Shown in pieces: positions 1 through 7,370 of a stretch of DNA of 18,217 nt. The DNA comes from an uncultured bacterium. GTDB lineage: Bacteria; Fidelibacterota; Marinisomatia; Marinisomatales; UBA1611. A program made the translations under genes and the position numbers. Positions within the stretch are counted from its first letter, which is position 1, and each line of letters opens with the position of its first letter. The notes beneath the pieces are model-generated. The model saw only the letters and a program-made list of their open reading frames with translations. It made no database searches and had not been told where the DNA came from. The stretch lies in assembly GCA_965660855.1 (NCBI GenBank), contig CBFIBM010000018.1:1-18217 (forward strand), given 5' to 3'.

Positions 1-370
1 CCTCTTCTGAATTTGATGGTGCTTCATACTCTAGTCCAAGCTCTTCAGCCATCTTTCTTTTTGCCTCTTCAGCAGCAGCAGCAGCAGCAGCGTCTAATTC
101 AGCTTCTTCAGCAGCTTTTTTCTCAGCTATTTTTCTAGCTTCCTCATCTAGTTTGTCTTGCTTAATTTTTTCTCGAGCTTCTTTAGCAGCTTTTGCAGCA
201 GCAGCTTCGATAGCAGCTCCTGTTGCAGCCTCGGCATCAGCAGCAGCCTTTTCAGCGGCGGCTTTTGCTTGCCGTGCAGCTTCAATCGCATCAACTTGAT
301 CTTGCGCACTAATTCCCGCAAAGAATAGTGGCAAAATTACTATTATATTTTTTAAAATATTTTTACTCAT
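1..370 (-). CDS. Secreted Ala/Glu/Lys-rich helical (TolA-like low-complexity) hypothetical protein, 3' end outside window
   Basis: Not in ORF track (runs off the edge). Manual translation from ATG at 370: MSKNILKNIIVILPLFFAGISAQDQVDAIEAARQAKAAAEKAAADAEAATGAAIEAAAAKAAKEAREKIKQDKLDEEARKIAEKKAAEEAELDAAAAAAAEEAKRKMAEELGLEYEAPSNSEE, open to window edge; signal peptide-like N-terminus (ISA/Q); SD-like AAGGTGA just upstream. Confidence 0.85.
   Translation of the reverse strand, partial: MSKNILKNIIVILPLFFAGISAQDQVDAIEAARQAKAAAEKAAADAEAATGAAIEAAAAKAAKEAREKIKQDKLDEEARKIAEKKAAEEAELDAAAAAAAEEAKRKMAEELGLEYEAPSNSEE
71..91 (-). repeat. (GCT)7 trinucleotide repeat encoding poly-Ala
   Basis: agcagcagcagcagcagcagc at 71-91, in frame with the Ala-rich ORF. 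Confidence 0.9.
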
Positions 371-416
371 TTCTTATCACCTTTAATAAATGAAACTTAC
401 CTATGTTATAGATGTA

Positions 417-445
417 AAATTATTGTTATATATCTACGAATACAA
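417..445 (-). promoter_or_regulatory. Putative sigma70 promoter for the Ala-rich secreted protein
   Basis: Minus strand TTGTAT (445-440) N17 TAATTT (422-417), ~47 nt upstream of ATG 370; AT-rich background lowers specificity. Confidence 0.4.
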
Positions 446-466
446 GATCTAATATTCTTTACTAAA

Positions 467-475
467 TGTTATATT
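467..475 (+). promoter_or_regulatory. Putative extended -10 promoter for nudF-queG
   Basis: TG-n-TATATT at 467-475, 14 nt before ATG 490; favours 490 over 466 as the start. Confidence 0.35.
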
Positions 476-489
476 TCAAACACACTTAC

Positions 490-1029
490 ATGGTAAAATT
501 AAAAGAAAAATTAATTAAATCAAAAAAAGTATTTAATGGTAAGCTGTTAAAAGTTTATCAAGATGAAGTACAATTACCAAATGGTAAAAGTTCAACTAGA
601 GAATTTATTAAGCACCCTGGAGCTTCTGCTTGCATACCCTCTTTGACTAATTCAAAAATAGGACTAATAAAACAATATAGATATTCTGTTGGTGAAGAAA
701 TGTATGAAATTCCAGCAGGTAAAATTAATATGAATGAAAGTCCTATAGAATGTGCTAGGAGAGAGCTAGAAGAAGAGATAGGGTTTAAATCTCAAAAACT
801 TACCTTCCTTACAAAAATTCATCCTGCTGTAGGGTTTTGTGATGAAATAATTTCCATATATTTAGCAGAAAATTTAATTAAAACTTCTAATAAATTTGAT
901 GATGATGAGTTTGTAGAATTAATACCAACTACAATGAAAGATGCGTTAAAAATGGTAAGACGAGGTTTAATTTCAGATGTTAAGACTATAATCGCTTTGT
1001 TCTGGTATGATAAGTATTACCGATCTTAA
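490..1029 (+). CDS. nudF: Nudix hydrolase, ADP-ribose pyrophosphatase family
   Basis: Nudix box GKINMNESPIECARRELEEEIG (GX5EX7REUXEEXG); ADPRase-type motifs LPNG..REFIKHPGA, QYRY, EIPAG, DxKT. Start at 490 preferred (ORF track 466). Confidence 0.88.
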   Translation: MVKLKEKLIKSKKVFNGKLLKVYQDEVQLPNGKSSTREFIKHPGASACIPSLTNSKIGLIKQYRYSVGEEMYEIPAGKINMNESPIECARRELEEEIGFKSQKLTFLTKIHPAVGFCDEIISIYLAENLIKTSNKFDDDEFVELIPTTMKDALKMVRRGLISDVKTIIALFWYDKYYRS

Positions 1030-1038
1030 AATAACAAA

Positions 1039-1971
1039 ATGAAAAGTTTAACACTTAAAATCAAATCTAAAGCCAAAGAGATTGGCTTTGAAAAAGTCGG
1101 TATTACAAAAGCAGTGACTACTAAAACCGAACAAAGTCGTTTAAATACTTGGATAAAAGAAGGTTCTCATGCCTCTATGAAGTGGTTAGAAAATAGAAAA
1201 AATGAGAGAGGAGACATTCATTCTTATTTTCCAGAAGCAAAATCGGTTATTTCAGTTGGCCTCAATTATTATATTGGTAAAAACCAAACAGATTTAAAAT
1301 CTGATTATAAGTTTTCAAATTATGCATGGGGCGAAGATTACCACCAAATATTAAAAAAAAAATTATTTAATCTTTTAGCATGGATCAAAAAATCTGAACC
1401 GAAAATAAAAGGTTTAGTCTGCGTAGATACAGCTCCAGTAATGGAAAAAGTTTGGGCACAGAAGGCAGGATTAGGATGGATAGGAAAACATACTAATTTA
1501 ATTTCAACTGACTATGGAAGTTGGTTATTCCTTGGTGAGTTGATATTAGATATTGATTTAAAAACTGACCTAATGTTTAACGAAGATTTATGTGGCTCTT
1601 GTACTGCGTGTCTTGATGCATGTCCAACAAAGGCTTTGACTGAATATAAAATTGAATCTGAAAAATGTATTTCTTATAAAACTATTGAATATCGTGGAGA
1701 TTTTTCTAACCAGAATGAAAATCTTCATGGATGGATATATGGTTGTGATATTTGTCAGGATGTCTGCCCCTGGAATAATAAATTTTCAAAAAAATCGAAT
1801 TTGGAGGAATTTTTACCAAAGCAAGAAATAGTTGATTGGTCAACTGATGATTGGAATAATTTAAATGAAGAAAATTTTAGAAAAATATTTAAAGGTTCAT
1901 CTGTTAAAAGAACAAAGTATATCGGCTTAAAAAGAAATTTAAATCAAAATAAAAATAAAAAAGCTCAGTAG
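1039..1971 (+). CDS. queG: Epoxyqueuosine reductase (tRNA Q34 biosynthesis, cobalamin and Fe-S dependent)
   Basis: YAWGEDYH, VDTAPVMEK, AGLGWIGK, GSWLFLGE, CGSCTACLDACPT, CISY.TIE, GCDICQDVCPWN motifs. Confidence 0.96.
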   Translation: MKSLTLKIKSKAKEIGFEKVGITKAVTTKTEQSRLNTWIKEGSHASMKWLENRKNERGDIHSYFPEAKSVISVGLNYYIGKNQTDLKSDYKFSNYAWGEDYHQILKKKLFNLLAWIKKSEPKIKGLVCVDTAPVMEKVWAQKAGLGWIGKHTNLISTDYGSWLFLGELILDIDLKTDLMFNEDLCGSCTACLDACPTKALTEYKIESEKCISYKTIEYRGDFSNQNENLHGWIYGCDICQDVCPWNNKFSKKSNLEEFLPKQEIVDWSTDDWNNLNEENFRKIFKGSSVKRTKYIGLKRNLNQNKNKKAQ

Positions 1972-1976
1972 CCGAG
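1945..1976 (-). terminator. Weak candidate intrinsic terminator for the DUF4097-like gene, overlapping the queG 3' end
   Basis: Minus strand CUCGG-CUA-CUGAG then CUUUUUUAUUUUUAUUUU immediately after the TAA; short stem. Confidence 0.3.
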
Positions 1977-3185
1977 TTAATAATCTTTTATAGAAATAAA
2001 TCCATTTTTTGAGTATAGGTTGATTGGTATTGTGCCGTCATTTATAAAAGCTCTCCCTACGATCTTCTCATCTTCTACTAAAAATTTTAAAGGGATTTCA
2101 GATGTTATATCCTGCGTTGACCTATTGGAAGCTATTTGGCTGGCGAGACTCATGGATAATTTTTTTGGTATTTCTATATTAATATCGCCCTCAATTGTTT
2201 CAATACTATGGAAACTATTTTTAAACGAAGATTCATAATTTAGTTTACACTTTATATTGCCGAGATTACTACTAATGTCAGTGCTGCCGATGATATCTTC
2301 CAAAAAAACATCTCCGCTATTTGTATCAATTAATAGACTTCCATAATATTTATTAATACTAATATTACCATTATTCGTATTAGCTCTGATAGATCCTGTA
2401 ATATTTTTCATATCAAGGTCACCTAATTGGTTTGATATATCCAAATTAGTTTTTGCATCTTCAATTACAATTAATTCCCCATTAGCTTTAAAATGTGAAA
2501 ATTTTCCAATTAATGTTTTTATACTTAGAATTCCACTGTTTGAAAAGATTTTTAAATTGCCGATGTGGTTATTTAAAAAAATATCTGATCCAGTTGTAGT
2601 AATATTTGAGTTTCCCACATTATTTATTAGAGTCAGATTAAAACCCTTTGTCTCTAAATTAGATTGTAGTTTTGAATTCGTAATATTAATCTCACTCTCA
2701 GAAGCAAGAACATTCAAGTTCCCAATCATACTAGTAATATCAATTATACCAGAATGATTAAGAATGTGAATAGTTCCTAAAATGTTATCAATTGAAACTT
2801 TATCTACACAATTATTAATATTTAAATCAATATTTTTAGGAAGTTGTAAAATCACTTTTACTGGATTGGTTTTAGAATTTTCTATTTTATTTTTAATGGT
2901 TATAACTTTACTTTTTTTATTATTATATACTTTCAAATATTTTTTTATGTCGTGATCTTTTTTAATAATTAGATCATCATAATAAACAATGACTTTTGTC
3001 CCGGAGATTGGCTCACCAAAAATTATTATTTCTGTTTTTAAATCTGAAATATTGATTTTATAAGAACTATTATTCTCTATACTCTCAAAAAAGTAATCCA
3101 TTTTTAAATAAGGATTATTTCTTATTCCAACTCCTAATAAATCTGAACAAAAAATATTTAATATGAAAAAGTATATTATTAACAA
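1977..3185 (-). CDS. DUF4097-like / putative adhesin beta-strand repeat protein, probably exported
   Basis: About a dozen ~20-aa repeats of the type GxIxIxxxxGxLxIxTxx (e.g. GDLDMKNITGSIRANTNN, GNISINKYYGSLLIDTNS, GDVFLEDIIGSTDISSNL) and ends ...INLYSKNGFISIK. ORF-track start 3290 overlaps mdh and its terminator; the in-frame TTG at 3185 gives a hydrophobic N-terminus (MLIIYFFILNIFCSDLLG). Start uncertain. Confidence 0.75.
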   Translation of the reverse strand: MLIIYFFILNIFCSDLLGVGIRNNPYLKMDYFFESIENNSSYKINISDLKTEIIIFGEPISGTKVIVYYDDLIIKKDHDIKKYLKVYNNKKSKVITIKNKIENSKTNPVKVILQLPKNIDLNINNCVDKVSIDNILGTIHILNHSGIIDITSMIGNLNVLASESEINITNSKLQSNLETKGFNLTLINNVGNSNITTTGSDIFLNNHIGNLKIFSNSGILSIKTLIGKFSHFKANGELIVIEDAKTNLDISNQLGDLDMKNITGSIRANTNNGNISINKYYGSLLIDTNSGDVFLEDIIGSTDISSNLGNIKCKLNYESSFKNSFHSIETIEGDINIEIPKKLSMSLASQIASNRSTQDITSEIPLKFLVEDEKIVGRAFINDGTIPINLYSKNGFISIKDY

Positions 3186-3203
3186 ATATTTATTATAGTT
3201 GAT

Positions 3204-3233
3204 AAAAAAAAAGCCCCTATAAAGAGGCTCTTT
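3204..3233 (-). terminator. Rho-independent terminator after mdh
   Basis: Minus strand AGAGCCUCU-UUAU-AGGGGCUUU running into a 9-U tract, ~20 nt past the mdh stop. Confidence 0.85.
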
Positions 3234-3252
3234 AACATTGTTAAATTGGTAT

Positions 3253-4188
3253 TTATAATCCAGTTTCATTAACTGTTTTTTTAACAGCATCTAATGTTTT
3301 TGAAAGCTCTGATTTTTCATCGTTTGTTAGAGAAAATTCTAAAATCTTTTCCACTCCATTAGATCCAATTACTGTTGGTACACCAATGAAATAACCTTCA
3401 ATTCCAAATTCTCCTTCGCAAAGAGAGGCACATGGAATAACTCTTTTTTTATCTTTTAAAAAAGATTCGGCCATTTCAATAGCAGACTGTGCTGGAGCAT
3501 AGTAGGCTGATCCATTACCAAATAGTTTGACAATTTCACCACCAGCAACTCTTGTTCTATCCTCAATCTCATTAATTCTTTTCGCGGATATCAAATCGGT
3601 TACTGGTACTCCGCCTATTGTTGCAAGTCTTGTTATCGGAACCATTGTATCACCGTGGCCGCCAAGAACCATGCAAGTGACATCTTGTACGGAGTATCCT
3701 GTCTCCATTGCTATAAAAGTTCTAAATCTAGCGCTATCTAATGCGCCAGCCATTCCAACTACCTGGTTTTTATTAAATCCAGAGACCTTGTGGAAAGCAT
3801 ATACCATTGCATCTAGAGGGTTTGAAATGACAATGACAAATGAATCTGGAGCATGGATTTTTATATTTTCAGCAACATCTTTCATTATTCCTAAGTTAAT
3901 ATCAAGTAGGTCTTCTCGATTCATACCAGGTTTTCGTGGAATCCCAGCAGTGATAATGAAAACATCTGTATTTTTTACATCTTTCCAGTTAGATGATCCC
4001 AAAATATCTGAATCATACCCATCATGAGGCCTTAGCTGCATTAAATCTAATGCCTTGCCTTTAACCATACCTTCCGATTGAGGAATATCAAAAATTAATA
4101 CATCTCCAAGTTCTTTTTGTGCAGCTAAAAGTGCAAGGTTGCCGCCAATCTGACCACCACCAATCAAAGTTATCTTTTTTCTACTCAT
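3253..4188 (-). CDS. mdh: Malate dehydrogenase (LDH-like family)
   Basis: Rossmann GGGQIG, GKALDL, substrate loop AGIPRKPGMNREDL (Arg, malate-specific), SNPLD, LDSARF, LGGHGD, GSAYYAPA. ATG 4188 preferred to TTG 4200. Confidence 0.95.
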   Translation of the reverse strand: MSRKKITLIGGGQIGGNLALLAAQKELGDVLIFDIPQSEGMVKGKALDLMQLRPHDGYDSDILGSSNWKDVKNTDVFIITAGIPRKPGMNREDLLDINLGIMKDVAENIKIHAPDSFVIVISNPLDAMVYAFHKVSGFNKNQVVGMAGALDSARFRTFIAMETGYSVQDVTCMVLGGHGDTMVPITRLATIGGVPVTDLISAKRINEIEDRTRVAGGEIVKLFGNGSAYYAPAQSAIEMAESFLKDKKRVIPCASLCEGEFGIEGYFIGVPTVIGSNGVEKILEFSLTNDEKSELSKTLDAVKKTVNETGL

Positions 4189-4207
4189 AGTATTACCCAA
4201 CAGTTAT

Positions 4208-4236
4208 AAAAAAACCCTCAAAAAGAGGGTTTTTTT
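4208..4236 (-). terminator. Rho-independent terminator after rpmA (symmetric, potentially bidirectional)
   Basis: Perfect inverted repeat AAAAAAACCCTC-AAAAA-GAGGGTTTTTTT abutting the rpmA stop codon. Confidence 0.85.
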
Positions 4237-4493
4237 TAATTTTCAGCAACAATAGTTACCATTTTTCGATTTCGACCTTTTCGAGCAAACTTCACAACTC
4301 CTGTAGCTGTTGCAAATAATGAATCATCATTTGCTCTTGCAACATTAATCCCAGGATGTATTTTAGTACCTCTTTGTTTTAAAATAATAGTACCCGCATG
4401 AATTGTTTGACCATCTGCTACTTTTAAACCAAGGTAACTAGGGTTTGAATCTCTACCATTTCGGGAACTACCTTGACCTTTTTTATGTGCCAT
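4236..4493 (-). CDS. rpmA: 50S ribosomal protein L27 (bL27)
   Basis: [17 protein letters not shown]-terminus, [15 protein letters not shown]; follows rplU directly. Confidence 0.98.
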   Translation of the reverse strand: MAHKKGQGSSRNGRDSNPSYLGLKVADGQTIHAGTIILKQRGTKIHPGINVARANDDSLFATATGVVKFARKGRNRKMVTIVAEN

Positions 4494-4496
4494 AAT

Positions 4497-4883
4497 TTAG
4501 TCCTCTTTTTTTACAGGCTTTTTAGCCTTTTCAGTTTTTTTGTCTTTTACTTTGGGTTTAGTTTTTTTTGCTGAAGTCTCAATTTTTATTACTTCAACTT
4601 CAGTGAACCATTGTCTGTGACCATTTTTACGTTGATACCCTTTCCGTCGTTTCTTTTTGTAAACTAGGATTTTTTTATCTCGTTTATGTTCTAAGACGGT
4701 TGTAGTGACCTTTACATCTTTGACATTTGGACTACCAAATGTTGTTTCTTTGCCATCATTAAAAAGTAGAACATCTTCAAAAGAAATAGTTGAACCAGAT
4801 TCACTATTTTGTTTAGGAACGCGTAAGCGGAGACCTTCTTTGGCCTTAAACTGCTTACCGGATATATTTACAATTGCATACAT
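4497..4883 (-). CDS. rplU: 50S ribosomal protein L21 (bL21) with Lys-rich C-terminal extension
   Basis: MYAIVNISGKQFK, KILVYKKKRRKGYQRKNGHRQWFT motifs; adjacent to rpmA. Confidence 0.98.
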   Translation of the reverse strand: MYAIVNISGKQFKAKEGLRLRVPKQNSESGSTISFEDVLLFNDGKETTFGSPNVKDVKVTTTVLEHKRDKKILVYKKKRRKGYQRKNGHRQWFTEVEVIKIETSAKKTKPKVKDKKTEKAKKPVKKED

Positions 4884-4902
4884 AATTTATCTCTCTATTA
4901 AA

Positions 4903-4938
4903 GCCGGCGAATATACTAGTTAGATTTCCCTTTTTCAA
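4903..4938 (-). promoter_or_regulatory. Sigma70 promoter for rplU-rpmA with GC-rich discriminator, embedded in the rng 3' end
   Basis: TTGAAA (4938-4933) N17 TATATT (4915-4910) followed by CGCCGGC (4909-4903); near-consensus with optimal spacing. Confidence 0.75.
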
Positions 4939-6448
4939 GACTCATTTCATTTGTTACGTCTTTATTATCTTTTGTTCTTAAAAATTTAAACTCATCTTGA
5001 CGTAATTCTACATTCTCTTCAATTTTTAAATGAACAAAATTCTGCCACATTAATCCTCTCAAGATATGTTTTTTTTCACCTTTCAGATAATTTGCATTTT
5101 GAGGATGTAATTGGAGTTTTAATCTCAGTGACCTATATTTACTTTTATATCTCCTTAGCCAATGATCTAGCCGAGTAATAAGTGTTTCCTGTGAAATAAT
5201 TCGACCTGAGCCATTACAACTAGGACACTCATCGCTCATTGAATCAAGAAGACTAACACGAATTCTTTGTCTTGTCATTTCTAAAAGACCAAATTCTGTG
5301 ATTGGAGCAACGGCAACTTTTGCCCTGTCTTTCTTTAACTCTTTTCTAAGCTCATAATAAACCTTTTTTTGGTTCTCCTCATGCTTCATATCAATAAAGT
5401 CGATAACAATTAATCCACTTAAATCTCTCAAGCGAAGTTGACGTGCAACTTCTCGTGCGGCCTCTAAATTAATTTTCAATGAATTTTGTTCATGAAGTTT
5501 TTTACCAACAAATCGACCACTGTTTACATCTACAACTACCATAGCTTCTGTTTTTTCAATTATCAAATAAGCTCCGCTTTTCAACCATGCCTTAGGACGC
5601 ATTAATTTTTCTATTTCAGTTTCAATTCCAAAACTTTCAAACAAAGGCGCTTTTAGTTTGTAGAGCTCAAGCCTATCTAGTAAGCTAGGTGAAACATCTT
5701 CTAAATATTTCTGTGTTTTTTTAAAGAGTCTTTTAGAGTCAATAATGATTTTTTCTACATCAGGAGTAAGTAAGTCTCTGACAACACTAGATGCTGTTTC
5801 CAAATCTTCATAAACAATCACAGGAGCTTCACCTTGTTCTGCTTTATATTCAATTTTATTCCAATTTTCGATCAATTGGTTAAAATCATTTTCTATATGT
5901 TCTTCTGACTTTCCTTCAGCTACAGTTCTTATTATAACACCTATATCGTTTTGTCTCAATTTTTGAGCAATTTTCTTTAAGCGTCTTCGTTCATATTTGT
6001 CCCAAATCTTTTTAGAAATACCAATGTAATTTGCATTTGGAACTAAAACTAATAACCGTCCAGGTAAGGCAACTTCTGTTGTGACTCTTGGTCCCTTACC
6101 TGCAAAAGGTTCTTTGATTACTTGTACGTAAATTTCTTGATTTTTCTTTAGATCAACTTCGATATTATCGTACTTATTACTTTTGTTTCCTTTCTGTTCG
6201 TTTTCTTCAATAATAAATTCATCTGAACCTATTTCGGAAAAAGGAAGAAAAGCATTTAAATCATAACCAATATCAACGAATGCTGCTTGCATGCCGGGTA
6301 ATACATTTTCTACAACACCTTTGTATACGTTCCCAACCATCCTATGGTTATCTTGTTTTTCAACATAAACTTCTACAAGTTGGTTTGACTCTTGAATTGC
6401 GATACGGGTTTCACCCATACTCTCATTAATAAATATTTCTTTTTGCAT
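4916..6448 (-). CDS. rng: Ribonuclease E/G family endoribonuclease (RNase G-length, no C-terminal scaffold)
   Basis: S1 domain (VGNVYKGVVENVLPGMQAAFVDIG), IIRT, VDVNSG, RQLRLRDLSGLIVIDFIDM, FGLLEMTRQR, Zn-link CPSCNGSG; 510 aa. Confidence 0.95.
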   Translation of the reverse strand: MQKEIFINESMGETRIAIQESNQLVEVYVEKQDNHRMVGNVYKGVVENVLPGMQAAFVDIGYDLNAFLPFSEIGSDEFIIEENEQKGNKSNKYDNIEVDLKKNQEIYVQVIKEPFAGKGPRVTTEVALPGRLLVLVPNANYIGISKKIWDKYERRRLKKIAQKLRQNDIGVIIRTVAEGKSEEHIENDFNQLIENWNKIEYKAEQGEAPVIVYEDLETASSVVRDLLTPDVEKIIIDSKRLFKKTQKYLEDVSPSLLDRLELYKLKAPLFESFGIETEIEKLMRPKAWLKSGAYLIIEKTEAMVVVDVNSGRFVGKKLHEQNSLKINLEAAREVARQLRLRDLSGLIVIDFIDMKHEENQKKVYYELRKELKKDRAKVAVAPITEFGLLEMTRQRIRVSLLDSMSDECPSCNGSGRIISQETLITRLDHWLRRYKSKYRSLRLKLQLHPQNANYLKGEKKHILRGLMWQNFVHLKIEENVELRQDEFKFLRTKDNKDVTNEMSLEKGKSN

Positions 6449-6650
6449 CTTATCCCTTATAAATTAAAAATTACTTAAAAAATAATGGCTTACGGATTTA
6501 GTCAATTAAGTAATCCATTGAATATTAAGCCAACATATGTATTTTCTGTTAAGATAAGAAGGAAGGAAAATTTTGGCCCATTGAGGGTGATAAAAAAGGT
6601 ATCAGTTTCGTCAAAAAAAAATTAAATTTTGTAATTCCTACAATCTCAAC
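6449..6650 (-). promoter_or_regulatory. Candidate structured 5' leader (cis-regulatory RNA) of rng
   Basis: Hairpin UGGCUUA/UAAGCCA (6532-6526/6492-6486) with inner GGAUU/AAUCC followed by UUAUUUUUU; UCUUAUCUU (6559-6551) complementary to the SD region GGGAUAAGA (6456-6448); three small upstream hairpins. Confidence 0.5.
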
Positions 6651-6655
6651 CACAT

Positions 6656-6684
6656 AAAATACGAGAAAGTTATGATTCTAACAA
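6656..6684 (-). promoter_or_regulatory. Putative sigma70 promoter for rng
   Basis: TTGTTA (6684-6679) N17 TATTTT (6661-6656). Confidence 0.4.
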
Positions 6685-6740
6685 TGAATATAATAAAACA
6701 TATTTTTTATTTAAAAATTTAGAATATAAGAACGATGTAA

Positions 6741-7370
6741 ATGAACTGTAGAAGTTATTATGTAATTTTGTACTTATTCTATCTTTCATCATTGGCTTTT
6801 CCAGATGGAGAAAATATTGGATTTTGCTTAGATGTAAAAGGGAAGGTTCAAAGATCTGGGAAAATAAGAAACGGAATTTTAAGAAAGGGGGATTTAATTT
6901 ATAATGGCGACAAGATCATAACAGGTTCACATGGATTTGTTTCTTATGCTTTTATTTATGAAAAAACAAATATAAAAGTTTTTGAAAATACAGTTGTTAA
7001 GGTGAACACTGATAGGGAAAGCTTTAGTTCATTTTCAAAATTGGCATTATTTGGTGGGAAAATAATAGTACGAACTGAAGAGCTAAATAATGAACCCTTT
7101 ACTGTTTGGTCGCCTTCTTCAATATGTCAAATTGAAAATTCTCACATCATCATAGAATATAAAAATGAACTATTATATGATAACAATAGTTACTGTTTGC
7201 TAACCTCTTTATATGGTATGCCAAAAATTGAAAATATCAAATCAAAAGACATGATGTATCTGAAAAATGGTGAGACTATTGCATCAACAATGGATGGAAA
7301 GTTTTTGCAATTAGAAACATTTCGAAGCTCAAGCGAGATTCATAACACATTGAAACTAGGAAAAGAGTAA
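6741..7370 (+). CDS. FecR domain-containing exported protein
   Basis: Hydrophobic N-terminal signal-like segment; VKGKV...LRKGDLIYNGDKIITGSHG...IKVFENT...LFGGKI...FTVWSPSS matches the FecR beta-sandwich pattern. Confidence 0.65.
   Translation: MNCRSYYVILYLFYLSSLAFPDGENIGFCLDVKGKVQRSGKIRNGILRKGDLIYNGDKIITGSHGFVSYAFIYEKTNIKVFENTVVKVNTDRESFSSFSKLALFGGKIIVRTEELNNEPFTVWSPSSICQIENSHIIIEYKNELLYDNNSYCLLTSLYGMPKIENIKSKDMMYLKNGETIASTMDGKFLQLETFRSSSEIHNTLKLGKE

Noticed and set aside
382..397. AAATGAAACT half-site resembling the MarR operators upstream of the first ORF
   Set aside because: Left arm (TTTAAT) does not match AGTTnC; likely chance in AT-rich DNA.
3186..3290. N-terminal 35 aa of the 437-aa ORF-track protein
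   Set aside because: Overlaps the mdh 3' end and runs through its terminator; probably not translated.
3527..4027. 166-aa ORF antisense to mdh
   Set aside because: Shadow ORF in register with a conserved gene; no recognisable motifs.
4494..4496. Absence of prp (ysxB) between rplU and rpmA
   Set aside because: Expected: L27 has no N-terminal extension needing cleavage.
6449..6740. tRNA or known riboswitch in the largest intergenic region
   Set aside because: No cloverleaf, T-loop or recognisable aptamer consensus by eye; an Rfam scan would be needed to exclude fully.
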